From: Vibrio alginolyticus NBRC 15630 = ATCC 17749
GTDB taxonomy: Bacteria > Pseudomonadota > Gammaproteobacteria > Enterobacterales > Vibrionaceae
Length of the DNA: 32,000 nt
Assembly: GCF_000354175.2 (NCBI RefSeq)
Contig: NC_022349.1
Coordinates: forward strand, 1,710,001 to 1,742,000
Direction: 5' to 3'
In this document: in pieces, positions 18,416 through 29,046 of the stretch
How the letters are laid out: each line of letters opens with the position of its first letter
Numbering within the stretch: position 1 is the stretch's first letter
Notes under the pieces: generated by a model
Database searches by the model: none
The model's input: the letters and a program-made list of their open reading frames with translations, nothing else
What the model was told of the DNA's origin: nothing
Position numbers and translations under genes: made by a program

Positions 18416-21079
18416 TTAAGCGTATAGCGGGTTTGTTTTCTCTGTGTCGATGTCGAATTTCTTAATTGCTTCTGCAACTACAGATTTCTCAACTTCGCCA
18501 CGTTTCGCTAGTTCAGTTAGCGCTGCTACTACTACGTAACCTGCGTTCACTTCGAAGTGACGACGTAGGTTTTCACGGCTGTCTGAACGACCGAAGCCAT
18601 CAGTACCAAGAACTTTGAAAGACTCAGCAGGAATGTATGCACGAACCTGCTCTGCGTAGTTCTTCATGTAGTCAGTTGCTGCGATAGCAGGTTCAGTACC
18701 CATTACTGTTTGGATGTAAGGTACTTTCGCTTCCGCTTCTGGGTGAAGCATGTTGAAACGCTCTGCATCTTGGCCATCGCGAGTTAGTTCGTTGAATGAC
18801 GTTACAGAGTAAACATCAGAAGCAACACCGTAATCTTCGCTTAGGATTTGAGCTGCTTTACGTACTTCATTCATGATAGTACCAGAGCTCATTAGCTGAA
18901 CTTTCGCTTTGTCGCCCGTGTAAGTTTCTAGCTTGTAGATACCTTTACGGATGCCTTCTTCAGCGCCTTCTGGCATTGCTGGCATTGCGTAGTTTTCGTT
19001 CATTAGCGTTAGGTAGTAGAACACGTTTTCTTGTTCTGGACCGTACATGCGACGGATACCGTCTTGCATGATTACTGCTACTTCGTACGCGAATGTTGGG
19101 TCGTAAGAAATACAGTTAGGAACCGTACCCGCCAAAATGTGCGAGTGGCCGTCTTCGTGCTGTAGACCTTCACCGTTCAACGTTGTACGACCCGCAGTTG
19201 CACCTAGTAGGAAACCACGTGCTTGTTGGTCACCAGCCATCCACGCCATGTCGCCAACACGTTGGAAGCCGAACATTGAGTAGTAGATGTAGAACGGGAT
19301 CATTGGTAGGTCGTTTGTCGAGTATGAAGTCGCAGCAGCAACCCATGAAGACATAGCACCTAGCTCGTTGATACCTTCTTGTAGAACCTGACCTGAAGTC
19401 GCTTCTTTGTAGTAAGAAACAACGCCACGGTCTTCTGGTGTGTAAGTTTGGCCGTGCGGGTTGTAGATACCGATTTGACGGAACAGACCTTCCATACCGA
19501 ATGTACGTGCTTCGTCAGCAATGATAGGAACGATGTTCTTACCAATGTTCTTGTTCTTAAGTAGAACGTTTAGCGCACGTACGAATGCCATAGTAGAAGA
19601 GATATCACGCTTCTGTTCTTCTAGTAGTGGCTTGAATTCTTCTAGCTCAGGAACGATGAATTCTTGAGTGAATTTTGGTAGACGCTGTGGCGTGTAGCCG
19701 TGTAGCGCTTTACGACGAGCGTGTAGGTATTCGTACTCTTTTGAACCTTCTTCAAGTTTCAGGTACGGAAGTTCTTTCACTGCTTCGTCAGTTAGGATGT
19801 CTTGAAGACCTAGACGGTCACGTAGGTGTAGTACGTGAGTCATGTCCATCTTCTTAACTTGGTGCGCGATGTTCTTACCTTCAGCCGCTTCACCCATGCC
19901 GTAACCTTTAACAGTCTTAGCTAGGATTACTGTTGGACGACCTTTAGTTTCTGCCGCGTTTTTGTATGCCGCGTATAGCTTAGAAGACTCGTGACCACCA
20001 CGCTTAAGTGCGAAGATTTCGTCATCAGTCATGTCAGCAACAAGTGCAGCTGTCTCTGGGTACTTACCAAAGAAGTGCTCACGTACGTACGCGCCATCTT
20101 TTGATTTGAATGTTTGGTAGTCGCCGTCGATCGTTTCATTCATAAGCTGTAGAAGCTTACCAGTCGTATCTTTAGCTAGTAGTGAATCCCAGTTGTTACC
20201 CCAGATTACCTTCACTACGTTCCAACCAGCACCTTTGAACAGACCTTCAAGTTCTTGAATGATCTTACCGTTACCCATTACAGGGCCATCTAGACGCTGT
20301 AGGTTACAGTTGATTAGGAAGCATAGGTTGTCTAGTTTCTCACGCGCAGCGAAAGAGATAGCACCACGTGATTCTGGCTCATCCATCTCACCGTCACCTA
20401 GGAACGCGTAAACGCGCTGTTCTGAAGTATCTTTAAGACCACGGCCTTCTAGGTACTTAAGGAAACGAGCTTGGTAGATAGAAGCGATTGGACCTAGGCC
20501 CATCGATACTGTCGGGAACTGCCAGAATTCAGGCATCAGTTTAGGGTGCGGGTATGAAGGAATACCTTTGCCGTCTACTTCTTGACGGAAGTTGTCTAGC
20601 TGCTCTTCAGTTAGACGACCTTCAACGAATGCACGTGAGTAGATACCTGGTGAAATGTGACCTTGGTAGTAAACTAGGTCGCCACCATCCTTCTCGTTTG
20701 GTGCACGGAAGAAGTGGTTGAAACATGTCTCGTAGAACGCAGCAGAAGACTGGAAAGACGCCATGTGGCCGCCTAGCTCTAGGTCTTTCTTAGATGCACG
20801 TAGAACGATCATGATAGCGTTCCAACGAATAATTGAGCGAATACGACGCTCAAGTGTTGTGTCACCTGGGTATGCTGGTTCTTGGTCTGCAGGAATCGTG
20901 TTGATGTAGTTAGTTGTGATACCTGTTGGCATATCAACACCGTCTAGACGTGCTTTATCTAGAACTTGCTCTAATAGGAACTGAGCACGCTCTAGACCTT
21001 CTTCACGTACAACTGACTCAAGCGCTTGTAGCCATTCTTGAGTTTCCAGTGCATCTACGTCATGCTTCATATCAGACAT
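18416..21079 (-). CDS. aceE: Pyruvate dehydrogenase E1 component
   Basis: 887 aa, homodimeric-type E1 with the ThDP motif region (GDGEMDEPES...NLQRLDGPV). It lies 19 bp upstream of aceF. Confidence 0.97.
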   Translation of the reverse strand: MSDMKHDVDALETQEWLQALESVVREEGLERAQFLLEQVLDKARLDGVDMPTGITTNYINTIPADQEPAYPGDTTLERRIRSIIRWNAIMIVLRASKKDLELGGHMASFQSSAAFYETCFNHFFRAPNEKDGGDLVYYQGHISPGIYSRAFVEGRLTEEQLDNFRQEVDGKGIPSYPHPKLMPEFWQFPTVSMGLGPIASIYQARFLKYLEGRGLKDTSEQRVYAFLGDGEMDEPESRGAISFAAREKLDNLCFLINCNLQRLDGPVMGNGKIIQELEGLFKGAGWNVVKVIWGNNWDSLLAKDTTGKLLQLMNETIDGDYQTFKSKDGAYVREHFFGKYPETAALVADMTDDEIFALKRGGHESSKLYAAYKNAAETKGRPTVILAKTVKGYGMGEAAEGKNIAHQVKKMDMTHVLHLRDRLGLQDILTDEAVKELPYLKLEEGSKEYEYLHARRKALHGYTPQRLPKFTQEFIVPELEEFKPLLEEQKRDISSTMAFVRALNVLLKNKNIGKNIVPIIADEARTFGMEGLFRQIGIYNPHGQTYTPEDRGVVSYYKEATSGQVLQEGINELGAMSSWVAAATSYSTNDLPMIPFYIYYSMFGFQRVGDMAWMAGDQQARGFLLGATAGRTTLNGEGLQHEDGHSHILAGTVPNCISYDPTFAYEVAVIMQDGIRRMYGPEQENVFYYLTLMNENYAMPAMPEGAEEGIRKGIYKLETYTGDKAKVQLMSSGTIMNEVRKAAQILSEDYGVASDVYSVTSFNELTRDGQDAERFNMLHPEAEAKVPYIQTVMGTEPAIAATDYMKNYAEQVRAYIPAESFKVLGTDGFGRSDSRENLRRHFEVNAGYVVVAALTELAKRGEVEKSVVAEAIKKFDIDTEKTNPLYA

Positions 21080-21127
21080 GGCGATCTATCCTTCTGTTGG
21101 TTGGATCTACTTATTTAAGTAACGCTC

Positions 21128-21895
21128 TTACGAGTCATTACCCTGCTGAATTCGACGTAGAGAACGCTCTCGTCGAGACTCTTCTCGAGTCAAATCCAAC
21201 AATGTTTCTTCGATGTAAGCCAAGTGCGAGTGGGACATTTCTCGCGCCTTTTCAGGCTGACCAGAAACAATCGCATCCACGATATTGGCTCGGTGTTTAC
21301 TGACTTTCTCGACCGCTTCTGGGCGGCGACGTAGTAATTTAAAATTTTGTAGAATATTTTGCTCAAGCAAAGGTGCTAAGCTTCGAACAATGTGCAACAA
21401 AACCACGTTGTGCGCGGCCTCTGTCAAAGCGATCAAAAATTGCATTACTTCCGCAGATTCAGCTTCGATATCGTTGTTTGCTTGCTCTTGACTAATGCGC
21501 TCAAGGCAACCTTGAATACGCGCAAAATCTTCTTCGGTACCACGTAAAGCTGCAAAGTAGGCTGAAATTCCTTCCATCGCATGACGAGACTCAAGCACAT
21601 CAAGCTGGGTTTCAGAATGACTAGACAACAAATTCAACAAGGGATCTGAAAAGCTCTTCCAGATATTCTCACTTACGAATGTTCCGCCACCTTGGCGACG
21701 AGTCAACAAACGCTTCGCTTCCAAGCGTTGAATGGCTTCTCGGACTGAAGGACGAGACACATCGAACTGTTTTGCCAGTTCACGCTCTGGAGGCAGTTGT
21801 TGCCCCGGAGACAATGTTCCTTCCACTATCAACCTTTCTAACTCTTGTTCTATAACATCAGAGAGTTTTGGCTGACGAATCCTTTGATAAGCCAT
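21128..21895 (-). CDS. pdhR: GntR/FadR-family pyruvate dehydrogenase complex repressor
   Basis: 255 aa with an N-terminal wHTH ([26 protein letters not shown]) and a FadR-type C-terminal domain. It lies directly upstream of aceE, with two PdhR boxes upstream. Confidence 0.95.
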   Translation of the reverse strand: MAYQRIRQPKLSDVIEQELERLIVEGTLSPGQQLPPERELAKQFDVSRPSVREAIQRLEAKRLLTRRQGGGTFVSENIWKSFSDPLLNLLSSHSETQLDVLESRHAMEGISAYFAALRGTEEDFARIQGCLERISQEQANNDIEAESAEVMQFLIALTEAAHNVVLLHIVRSLAPLLEQNILQNFKLLRRRPEAVEKVSKHRANIVDAIVSGQPEKAREMSHSHLAYIEETLLDLTREESRRERSLRRIQQGNDS

Positions 21896-21923
21896 AATTT
21901 ATTGTTCTTCTACTCTTGCAGGT

Positions 21924-21940
21924 AATTGGTAATACCAATT
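21924..21940. promoter_or_regulatory. PdhR operator box, proximal
   Basis: AATTGGTAATACCAATT is a perfect match to the PdhR palindrome ATTGGT-N3-ACCAAT. It lies 29 bp upstream of the pdhR ATG. On the minus strand a TAAAAT -10-like hexamer overlaps its upstream edge. Confidence 0.8.
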
Positions 21941-22061
21941 TTAAGTTGGTGCAGAAATTAACATAATTAAAACGCCACTGTCCAGCCGAAAATTGACCTA
22001 AATCATAGAACGAGCTTACTTCCAACACTCTGATAACAATCGACTGTTAAAACAGCAATAG

Positions 22062-22078
22062 AATTGGTATGACCAATT
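22062..22078. promoter_or_regulatory. PdhR operator box, distal
   Basis: AATTGGTATGACCAATT is a second perfect ATTGGT-N3-ACCAAT palindrome, 138 bp upstream of the first (centre to centre). Confidence 0.7.
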
Positions 22079-22232
22079 ACATAAAGCATACAAATGGGAA
22101 GTCGACGTGCTAGCAGTTTTGGAAAAGAAATACAGAAAATGACAAAATTATCAGTCTATTTATTCACCAAAACGGCATGTGCGAGCGTAAAAATGTAGTT
22201 AACTTTTAACAATCATTAATATTTCTGGTATC

Positions 22233-22261
22233 AAAAAAAGGCATACCTGATCGTATGCCTT
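22233..22261 (-). terminator. Rho-independent terminator after ampD
   Basis: Stem AGGCATAC / ctgatc / GTATGCCT. On the minus strand it is followed by T7 (A-run 22233-22239 on the plus strand). Confidence 0.85.
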
Positions 22262-22300
22262 ATTTATTTCGCTTTTTTGAATTTACACTTTCGCTACAAA

Positions 22301-22852
22301 TCAACGCTGTATAAGCAGTCTATATTTCACCCAATCAAAGCTTAGACCAGGATCGCTTTTTCTCAAGGGCGCAATATATTGATGACCGGTAATTCGTGGC
22401 GGGGTGATTTGAGGATAAGACTGCATAATCACCTCAGTGATCTCTGCAAGTGATTGATATTGCGCTTCTGTGTAGGCAGTAAATTCTGTCCCTTCAAGCT
22501 CGATACCAATGGAATAGTCATTACAACGCTCCCTGCCTGCGAAACTGGATTGACCGGCATGCCATGCTCTATCAAGAAAAGAAACAAATTGAACAACCTC
22601 GCCGTTTCTTTTAATCAAGCAATGTGCAGAAACGCCCATTTTGTGAATGACTTCAAAAAATGGATGTTCATTTGGGTCTAGCTTGCCAGTGAAGAAGTCC
22701 TCTATATATGGTCCACCAAACTGCCCAGGAGGCAAACTGATATTGTGTACCACCAGCAGAGAGATGTCGTTTACATCAGAGCGGGCATCAAAAAATGGTG
22801 ACGGAACATGCTTTGCTTGTGTCAGCCAGCCATTCTCGATAATTGGGCGCAT
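22301..22852 (-). CDS. ampD: 1,6-anhydro-N-acetylmuramyl-L-alanine amidase AmpD
   Basis: Collinear with E. coli AmpD from MRPIIENGWL... onward (LLVVHNISLPPGQFGG, VSAHCLIKRNGEVVQFV, RAWHAGQSSFAGRERCNDYSIGIELEG, KSDPG). ATG 22852 has a GAGAGG SD. The 15-codon extension in the track (start 22897) is not supported by homology. Confidence 0.93.
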   Translation of the reverse strand: MRPIIENGWLTQAKHVPSPFFDARSDVNDISLLVVHNISLPPGQFGGPYIEDFFTGKLDPNEHPFFEVIHKMGVSAHCLIKRNGEVVQFVSFLDRAWHAGQSSFAGRERCNDYSIGIELEGTEFTAYTEAQYQSLAEITEVIMQSYPQITPPRITGHQYIAPLRKSDPGLSFDWVKYRLLIQR

Positions 22853-22878
22853 ATCAACCTCTCTACTTTGCAAATTAA

Positions 22879-23832
<954 letters not shown>

Positions 23833-23893
23833 TAAAAGCAACAAATCTAAATTACTTCAACTAACTCAGTGAGTTGTGAGTAACTCATCATTT

Positions 23894-23920
23894 AAAAGGG
23901 CCAATTGGCCCTTTCTTTTT
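23894..23920 (+). terminator. Rho-independent terminator after nadC
   Basis: AAAGGGCC / aatt / GGCCCTTT followed by CTTTTT. Confidence 0.85.
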
Positions 23921-23946
23921 ATCCACTAAAAAAATAGTACTACTCG

Positions 23947-23989
23947 CAAAACTCTGCATGCGATATGCAACTTTTTACCAAAGAGTTTT
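23947..23989. repeat. Nested inverted repeats upstream of pilA
   Basis: The outer arms are AAAACTCT (23947-23954) and AGAGTTTT (23982-23989). The inner repeat is TGCAT-gcgat-ATGCA (23955-23969). Confidence 0.5.
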
Positions 23990-24093
23990 ATCTCACTCGA
24001 GAGCCCATCTCTTCCCCATTTTCAACCCACCTTAACTCTCCATAATCTTTCGCTAATGCAAGAGCATTATTAATTTTTAAGAAAGGGTTAAAA

Positions 24094-24531
24094 ATGAAAA
24101 ACAGTAAACATAAAAAACAACAGGGTTTTACTCTGATTGAATTAATGATTGTGGTGGCGATTATTGGTGTGTTGTCTGCAGTTGCTATACCTGCCTACAA
24201 AAGTTACGTAGCTAAATCTGAAGCAGCCACTGCTGCTGCAACTGTTAGAGGACTGTTGACAAATATTGATATGTATCAGCAAGAAGTTGGTAGTTTCCCT
24301 ACTGACATTAATAAAGTAGGCGGCACACAAACAATGAATGCTTTGGGTTCGATAGCGTTGGCATCAACAACTAGTGGCGGTACTGCTACTTTCACATTTA
24401 CAGACGGTTCGTTAAAAACAGGCGGCGCTAGCAATAATGCAGCAACAATTATATATACCAAAGATAATGCAACAGGATGGAGTTGTACTCATACAATCCA
24501 AGATACTTCTGTTGTGCCTGCCGGTTGTTGA
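24094..24531 (+). CDS. pilA: Type IVa major pilin PilA
   Basis: 145 aa. The class III signal is MKNSKHKKQQG|FTLIELMIVVAIIGVLSAVAIP, with Gly-1, Phe+1 and Glu+5. The C-terminal Cys pair (WSC...AGC) would form the D-region disulfide loop. Confidence 0.93.
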   Translation: MKNSKHKKQQGFTLIELMIVVAIIGVLSAVAIPAYKSYVAKSEAATAAATVRGLLTNIDMYQQEVGSFPTDINKVGGTQTMNALGSIALASTTSGGTATFTFTDGSLKTGGASNNAATIIYTKDNATGWSCTHTIQDTSVVPAGC

Positions 24532-24543
24532 TAGCTGTCCATA

Positions 24544-26229
24544 ATGCTAACCAAACTCTCAACGGTTCTTCGCCAAAAAGGGTTACTAACATTTTCCCAA
24601 GAAGAATCGTTAATAGAGCAAGTCAAAGCTTCTGGCATTTCGATGCCGGAAGCTTTACTCAGTTCTGGATTCTTCACGTCAAGTGAGCTCGCTGATCACT
24701 TAAGTTCTCTCTTTGGTTTAAATCAGTCTGAGTTATCTCAGTATGAGTACGCTTCGCTTTGTCAGCAACTTGGTCTTAGGGAATTAATCACACGGCATAA
24801 CGCACTCCCACTCCAGCGTACGTCTTCAACGTTATTACTCGCCGTTGCCGACCCCACCAACCAACAAGCCGAAGATGACTTCCGCTTTGCCACTGGGTTA
24901 CAGGTTGAACTAGTCTTGGCGGATTTTCGTCAACTCAGCGCGGCAATTCGACGCTTGTATGGTCGTTCATTGAATCATGAGAAGTCTGGGTTAAAAGAGA
25001 TCAACCAAGAAGAGTTAGCCAACCTGGTTGATGTGGGCGCAGATGAAATCGACAACATTGAAGACTTGAGCCAAGATGAGTCTCCTGTTAGCCGTTACAT
25101 CAACCAAATTCTGTTGGACGCTGTGCGCAAAGGCGCATCCGATATCCACTTTGAGCCTTATGAAAAGATGTACCGCGTGCGCCTACGCTGTGATGGCATC
25201 TTAATTGAAACACAGCAGCCACCAAGCCACTTAAGTCGCCGCTTATCCGCTCGTATCAAAATCCTCTCTAAACTTGATATTGCAGAGCGACGTTTACCAC
25301 AAGATGGGCGTATTAAGCTCAAGTTGAATCAAGACACCGCAATTGATATGCGTGTATCCACGCTACCGACTCTATTCGGAGAGAAAATTGTACTACGACT
25401 GCTCGACAGCAGCTCTGCGTCACTGGATATCGACAAGCTTGGTTATAGCGAACAACAAAAACAATTGTACTTGGATGCGCTGCGTCGCCCACAAGGCATG
25501 ATTCTGATGACAGGCCCAACAGGGAGCGGTAAAACCGTTTCTCTATACACTGGGCTAAGTATCCTCAATAAGCCAGAAATCAACATTTCCACGGCAGAAG
25601 ACCCAGTAGAAATTAACTTATCGGGCATTAACCAAGTTCAAGTTCAGCCTAAGATTGGTTTTGGTTTTGCCGAAGCCCTGCGCTCTTTCTTACGTCAAGA
25701 CCCGGATGTGGTAATGGTCGGTGAGATTCGTGACTTAGATACCGCCGAAATCGCTATAAAAGCATCGCAAACCGGTCACTTAGTACTTTCAACCTTACAT
25801 ACCAATTCTGCGGCTGAAACGGTTATTCGTTTATCAAACATGGGCGTAGAAAGCTTTAACTTGGCCTCCTCTCTTAGTTTGATCATTGCCCAGCGCTTGG
25901 CCCGTAAACTGTGCTCGCACTGTAAAAAATCACAAGAGCTTACCGTTCAGCTACAACATCTTGGAATTCAAGCAAGCGACAACATTTTTAAAGCCAATCC
26001 CGATGGATGTAATGAGTGTACCCATGGTTATTCCGGCCGAACGGGGATTTATGAAGTGATGCGCTTTGATGAATTTCTTTCCGAAGCGCTTATTAAAGGC
26101 GCCTCGGTGCATGAACTAGAAAAACTCGCCATCGCAAACGGGATGAGCACGTTACAAATGTCGGGCATAGAAAAACTCAAACAAGGGATCACAAGTTTTA
26201 GTGAACTACAGCGCGTACTTTATTTTTAA
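24544..26229 (+). CDS. pilB: Type IV pilus assembly (extension) ATPase PilB
   Basis: 561 aa with Walker A GPTGSGKT, the Asp/His boxes, Walker B VVMVGEIRD and a tetracysteine motif (CSHC...CNEC). Confidence 0.95.
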   Translation: MLTKLSTVLRQKGLLTFSQEESLIEQVKASGISMPEALLSSGFFTSSELADHLSSLFGLNQSELSQYEYASLCQQLGLRELITRHNALPLQRTSSTLLLAVADPTNQQAEDDFRFATGLQVELVLADFRQLSAAIRRLYGRSLNHEKSGLKEINQEELANLVDVGADEIDNIEDLSQDESPVSRYINQILLDAVRKGASDIHFEPYEKMYRVRLRCDGILIETQQPPSHLSRRLSARIKILSKLDIAERRLPQDGRIKLKLNQDTAIDMRVSTLPTLFGEKIVLRLLDSSSASLDIDKLGYSEQQKQLYLDALRRPQGMILMTGPTGSGKTVSLYTGLSILNKPEINISTAEDPVEINLSGINQVQVQPKIGFGFAEALRSFLRQDPDVVMVGEIRDLDTAEIAIKASQTGHLVLSTLHTNSAAETVIRLSNMGVESFNLASSLSLIIAQRLARKLCSHCKKSQELTVQLQHLGIQASDNIFKANPDGCNECTHGYSGRTGIYEVMRFDEFLSEALIKGASVHELEKLAIANGMSTLQMSGIEKLKQGITSFSELQRVLYF

Positions 26230-26252
26230 TCCTTTAATCAGCAGTCACCTCT

Positions 26253-27476
26253 ATGAAAAGCACTACACCACAACTTAAAAACTTCCGCTGGAAAGGCATC
26301 AACAGTTCAGGCAAAAAGACATCTGGGCAAACCCTCGCGATGACAGAAATTGAAGTACGCGAGCGTCTAGACGCACAGCACATCAAGATCAAGAAGTTAA
26401 AGAAAAGCAGTATCTCGTTTCTCACTAAACTCAACCATCGCGTGAAAGGCAGAGACATCACGGTGTTTACCCGTCAGATTTCGACGATGTTGATAACCGG
26501 TGTACCCTTAGTTCAGGCTTTAAAATTAGTCTCAGAAAATCATAAAAAAGCAGAGATGAAATCCATTTTGATGAGCGTGACACGCGCCGTTGAAGCGGGG
26601 GCGCCCATGTCAAAAGCCATGCGCACTGCAAGTGAACACTTTGACCCACTCTATACTGATCTTATCGCCACAGGTGAGCAATCCGGTAACTTAGCGGAAG
26701 TGTTCGAGCGCTTAGCCACCTACCGAGAAAAAAATGAACAACTCCGTGCGAAAGTGATCAAAGCACTGATTTACCCAGCGATGGTAGTGCTAGTAGCGTT
26801 AGGCGTGTCGTTTATCATGCTCACCAAAGTCATTCCCGAGTTCGAAAAAATGTTTGTTGGTTTTGGTGCTGACTTACCTTGGTTTACCAGGCAAGTGTTA
26901 GATCTTTCCGCCTGGACACAAAACTGGAGTCCGTTTATCGCACTAGGCTCCATTAGTTTATTCATTTCGGCGAGAATCCTCTCTAAGCGTTCAGATTCTT
27001 TTCGCTTAATGCTCAACCGCTCTGTGCTTAAATTTCCGGTCCTTGGGCCTGTATTATCAAAAGCCGCTATCGCCAAATTTAGTCGAACACTCGCCACAAG
27101 CTTTACAGCGGGTATTCCAATTCTAACCAGTTTAAAAACCACATCAAAAACCTCAGGAAACTTACACTATCAACTCGCCATAGAAGAAGTTTACCGTGAT
27201 ACCGCCGCAGGTATGCCAATGTATGTAGCCATGCGCAACTGTAATGTGTTCCCTGAATTGGTGTTACAAATGGTTATGATCGGTGAAGAGTCTGGTCGAC
27301 TTGACGATATGCTCAATAAAGTTGCAACAATCTACGAGTTTGAAGTCGACAACACCGTCGACAACCTTAGTAAAATCCTAGAGCCACTAATTATCGTTTT
27401 TTTAGGTATCGTTGTTGGCGGATTAGTGACAGCAATGTACTTGCCAATCTTTAACTTAATGAGTGTATTGGGCTAG
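26253..27476 (+). CDS. pilC: Type IV pilus inner-membrane platform protein PilC
   Basis: 407 aa with a duplicated GspF/PilC domain architecture ([15 protein letters not shown]... and [15 protein letters not shown]...). Confidence 0.95.
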   Translation: MKSTTPQLKNFRWKGINSSGKKTSGQTLAMTEIEVRERLDAQHIKIKKLKKSSISFLTKLNHRVKGRDITVFTRQISTMLITGVPLVQALKLVSENHKKAEMKSILMSVTRAVEAGAPMSKAMRTASEHFDPLYTDLIATGEQSGNLAEVFERLATYREKNEQLRAKVIKALIYPAMVVLVALGVSFIMLTKVIPEFEKMFVGFGADLPWFTRQVLDLSAWTQNWSPFIALGSISLFISARILSKRSDSFRLMLNRSVLKFPVLGPVLSKAAIAKFSRTLATSFTAGIPILTSLKTTSKTSGNLHYQLAIEEVYRDTAAGMPMYVAMRNCNVFPELVLQMVMIGEESGRLDDMLNKVATIYEFEVDNTVDNLSKILEPLIIVFLGIVVGGLVTAMYLPIFNLMSVLG

Positions 27477-27540
27477 AATGAGCTGTTAACTCCTTTAAAA
27501 CAGCATCTTGCTGATTTCACTCATCGCTCAAGAGACAAAT

Positions 27541-28410
27541 ATGGAAGTATTCCAGTACTACCCTTGGCTATTCGTTGTGTTTGCCACCATCTTCGGTCTG
27601 ATCGTGGGTAGCTTCCTCAATGTGGTTATTTATCGACTACCTAAAATCATGGAGCTAGAATGGCGACGCGAATGTGCCGAGTCATTTCCTGAATACAAAA
27701 TAGAACCTCCTAAAGAAGTGCTGACCTTGAGCGTTCCACGCTCCTCCTGCCAGAAATGCGCAACACCGATACGTATTCGCGACAACATTCCTGTGATTAG
27801 CTGGCTGCTTTTAAAAGGCAAATGTCACAACTGTCAGGCAACCATTAGTGCACGCTATCCACTGATTGAACTGCTCACCGCGTTCTGTTCTGGCTTTATC
27901 GCTTATTACTTTGGTTTTAGTTACTTTACCGTTGCCCTACTCTTTTTTACTTTTATCTTAATCGCCGCAACATTTATCGATCTCGATACTATGTTGTTAC
28001 CTGACCAATTAACATTACCATTAACTTGGGCTGGCATTGCCTTAGCATTAGTCGAAATAAGTCCTGTTACTCTACAAGATTCTGTCATTGGTGCTATTGC
28101 TGGTTACCTATGTCTCTGGTCCGTTTACTGGGGCTTTAAGTTACTTACCGGTAAAGAAGGAATGGGGTATGGTGATTTTAAACTACTGGCGGCACTAGGA
28201 GCTTGGCTAGGTTGGCAGTCACTGCCGATGATCATTCTACTTTCTTCTGTGGTTGGCATCGTATTTGGCATCATTCAACTACGCTTGCAAAAGCAGGGAA
28301 TTGAAAAAGCTTTCCCTTTCGGTCCTTACTTAGCAATTGCTGGTTGGATAAGCTTAATTTGGGGCGACCAGATTTTAAACTGGTACTTTACTTCAGTTCT
28401 AGGAGTGTAA
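27541..28410 (+). CDS. pilD: Prepilin peptidase / N-methyltransferase PilD
   Basis: 289 aa from ATG 27541 ([11 protein letters not shown]...). It has the cytoplasmic Cys pairs (CQKC...CHNC) and the aspartyl protease motif [16 protein letters not shown]. The track start at 27508 is a TTG extension. Confidence 0.93.
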   Translation: MEVFQYYPWLFVVFATIFGLIVGSFLNVVIYRLPKIMELEWRRECAESFPEYKIEPPKEVLTLSVPRSSCQKCATPIRIRDNIPVISWLLLKGKCHNCQATISARYPLIELLTAFCSGFIAYYFGFSYFTVALLFFTFILIAATFIDLDTMLLPDQLTLPLTWAGIALALVEISPVTLQDSVIGAIAGYLCLWSVYWGFKLLTGKEGMGYGDFKLLAALGAWLGWQSLPMIILLSSVVGIVFGIIQLRLQKQGIEKAFPFGPYLAIAGWISLIWGDQILNWYFTSVLGV

Positions 28411-29025
28411 ATGGCTTTGGTTATTGGTTTAACAGGTGGTATCGCTAGTGGAAAAACAACCGTCGCGAATCTGTTCAAACAACAATTTAAAATCGATATC
28501 GTCGATGCCGACATTGTCGCAAGAGAAGTTGTCGAGCCAGGTACTCCCGGCCTAAACGCGATTATTGAACACTTTGGTCACGATATCGTTCGTGAAGACC
28601 AAACTTTAGATCGCGCAAAGCTGAGAGAAAAAATCTTTTCGAATTCAGATGAAAAAGCATGGCTCAACGCACTGTTGCACCCGATAATTCGTGAAAAGAT
28701 GATCGAAGATTTGCAGCAAGTCACTTCAGAGTATGCGTTACTTGTGGTGCCGTTGCTCGTAGAAAACAAGCTAGATAGTTTGTGTGATCGCGTTCTTGTC
28801 GTCGATGTAGAACCGAATACACAGATATCTCGCACGATGAAACGAGACAATGTGAGTGAAGATCAAGTTCGCGCCATCCTTGCCTCTCAAGCATCAAGAG
28901 AGCAAAGGCTCGCGCTTGCAGACGATGTGGTTAAGAATAATCCAAGTGACCCTGATCTTTTGCTTCAAATCACAGATTTGCACGAAAAGTACCTAGCCAT
29001 GTGTAAGAAAAATCTGCGAAAATAG
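28411..29025 (+). CDS. coaE: Dephospho-CoA kinase
   Basis: 204 aa with the P-loop GLTGGIASGKTTV. Its ATG directly abuts the pilD TAA stop (TAAATG). Confidence 0.95.
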   Translation: MALVIGLTGGIASGKTTVANLFKQQFKIDIVDADIVAREVVEPGTPGLNAIIEHFGHDIVREDQTLDRAKLREKIFSNSDEKAWLNALLHPIIREKMIEDLQQVTSEYALLVVPLLVENKLDSLCDRVLVVDVEPNTQISRTMKRDNVSEDQVRAILASQASREQRLALADDVVKNNPSDPDLLLQITDLHEKYLAMCKKNLRK

Positions 29026-29046
29026 GAACGAAACTCACAAAGGCTT

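Noticed and set aside
20926-21303. A 125-aa plus-strand ORF bridges the aceE 5' end, the aceE-pdhR spacer and the pdhR 3' end.
   Set aside because: It is antisense to two confidently assigned genes and to their 48-bp junction, and I recognise no family or motif in its translation. It is a shadow ORF.
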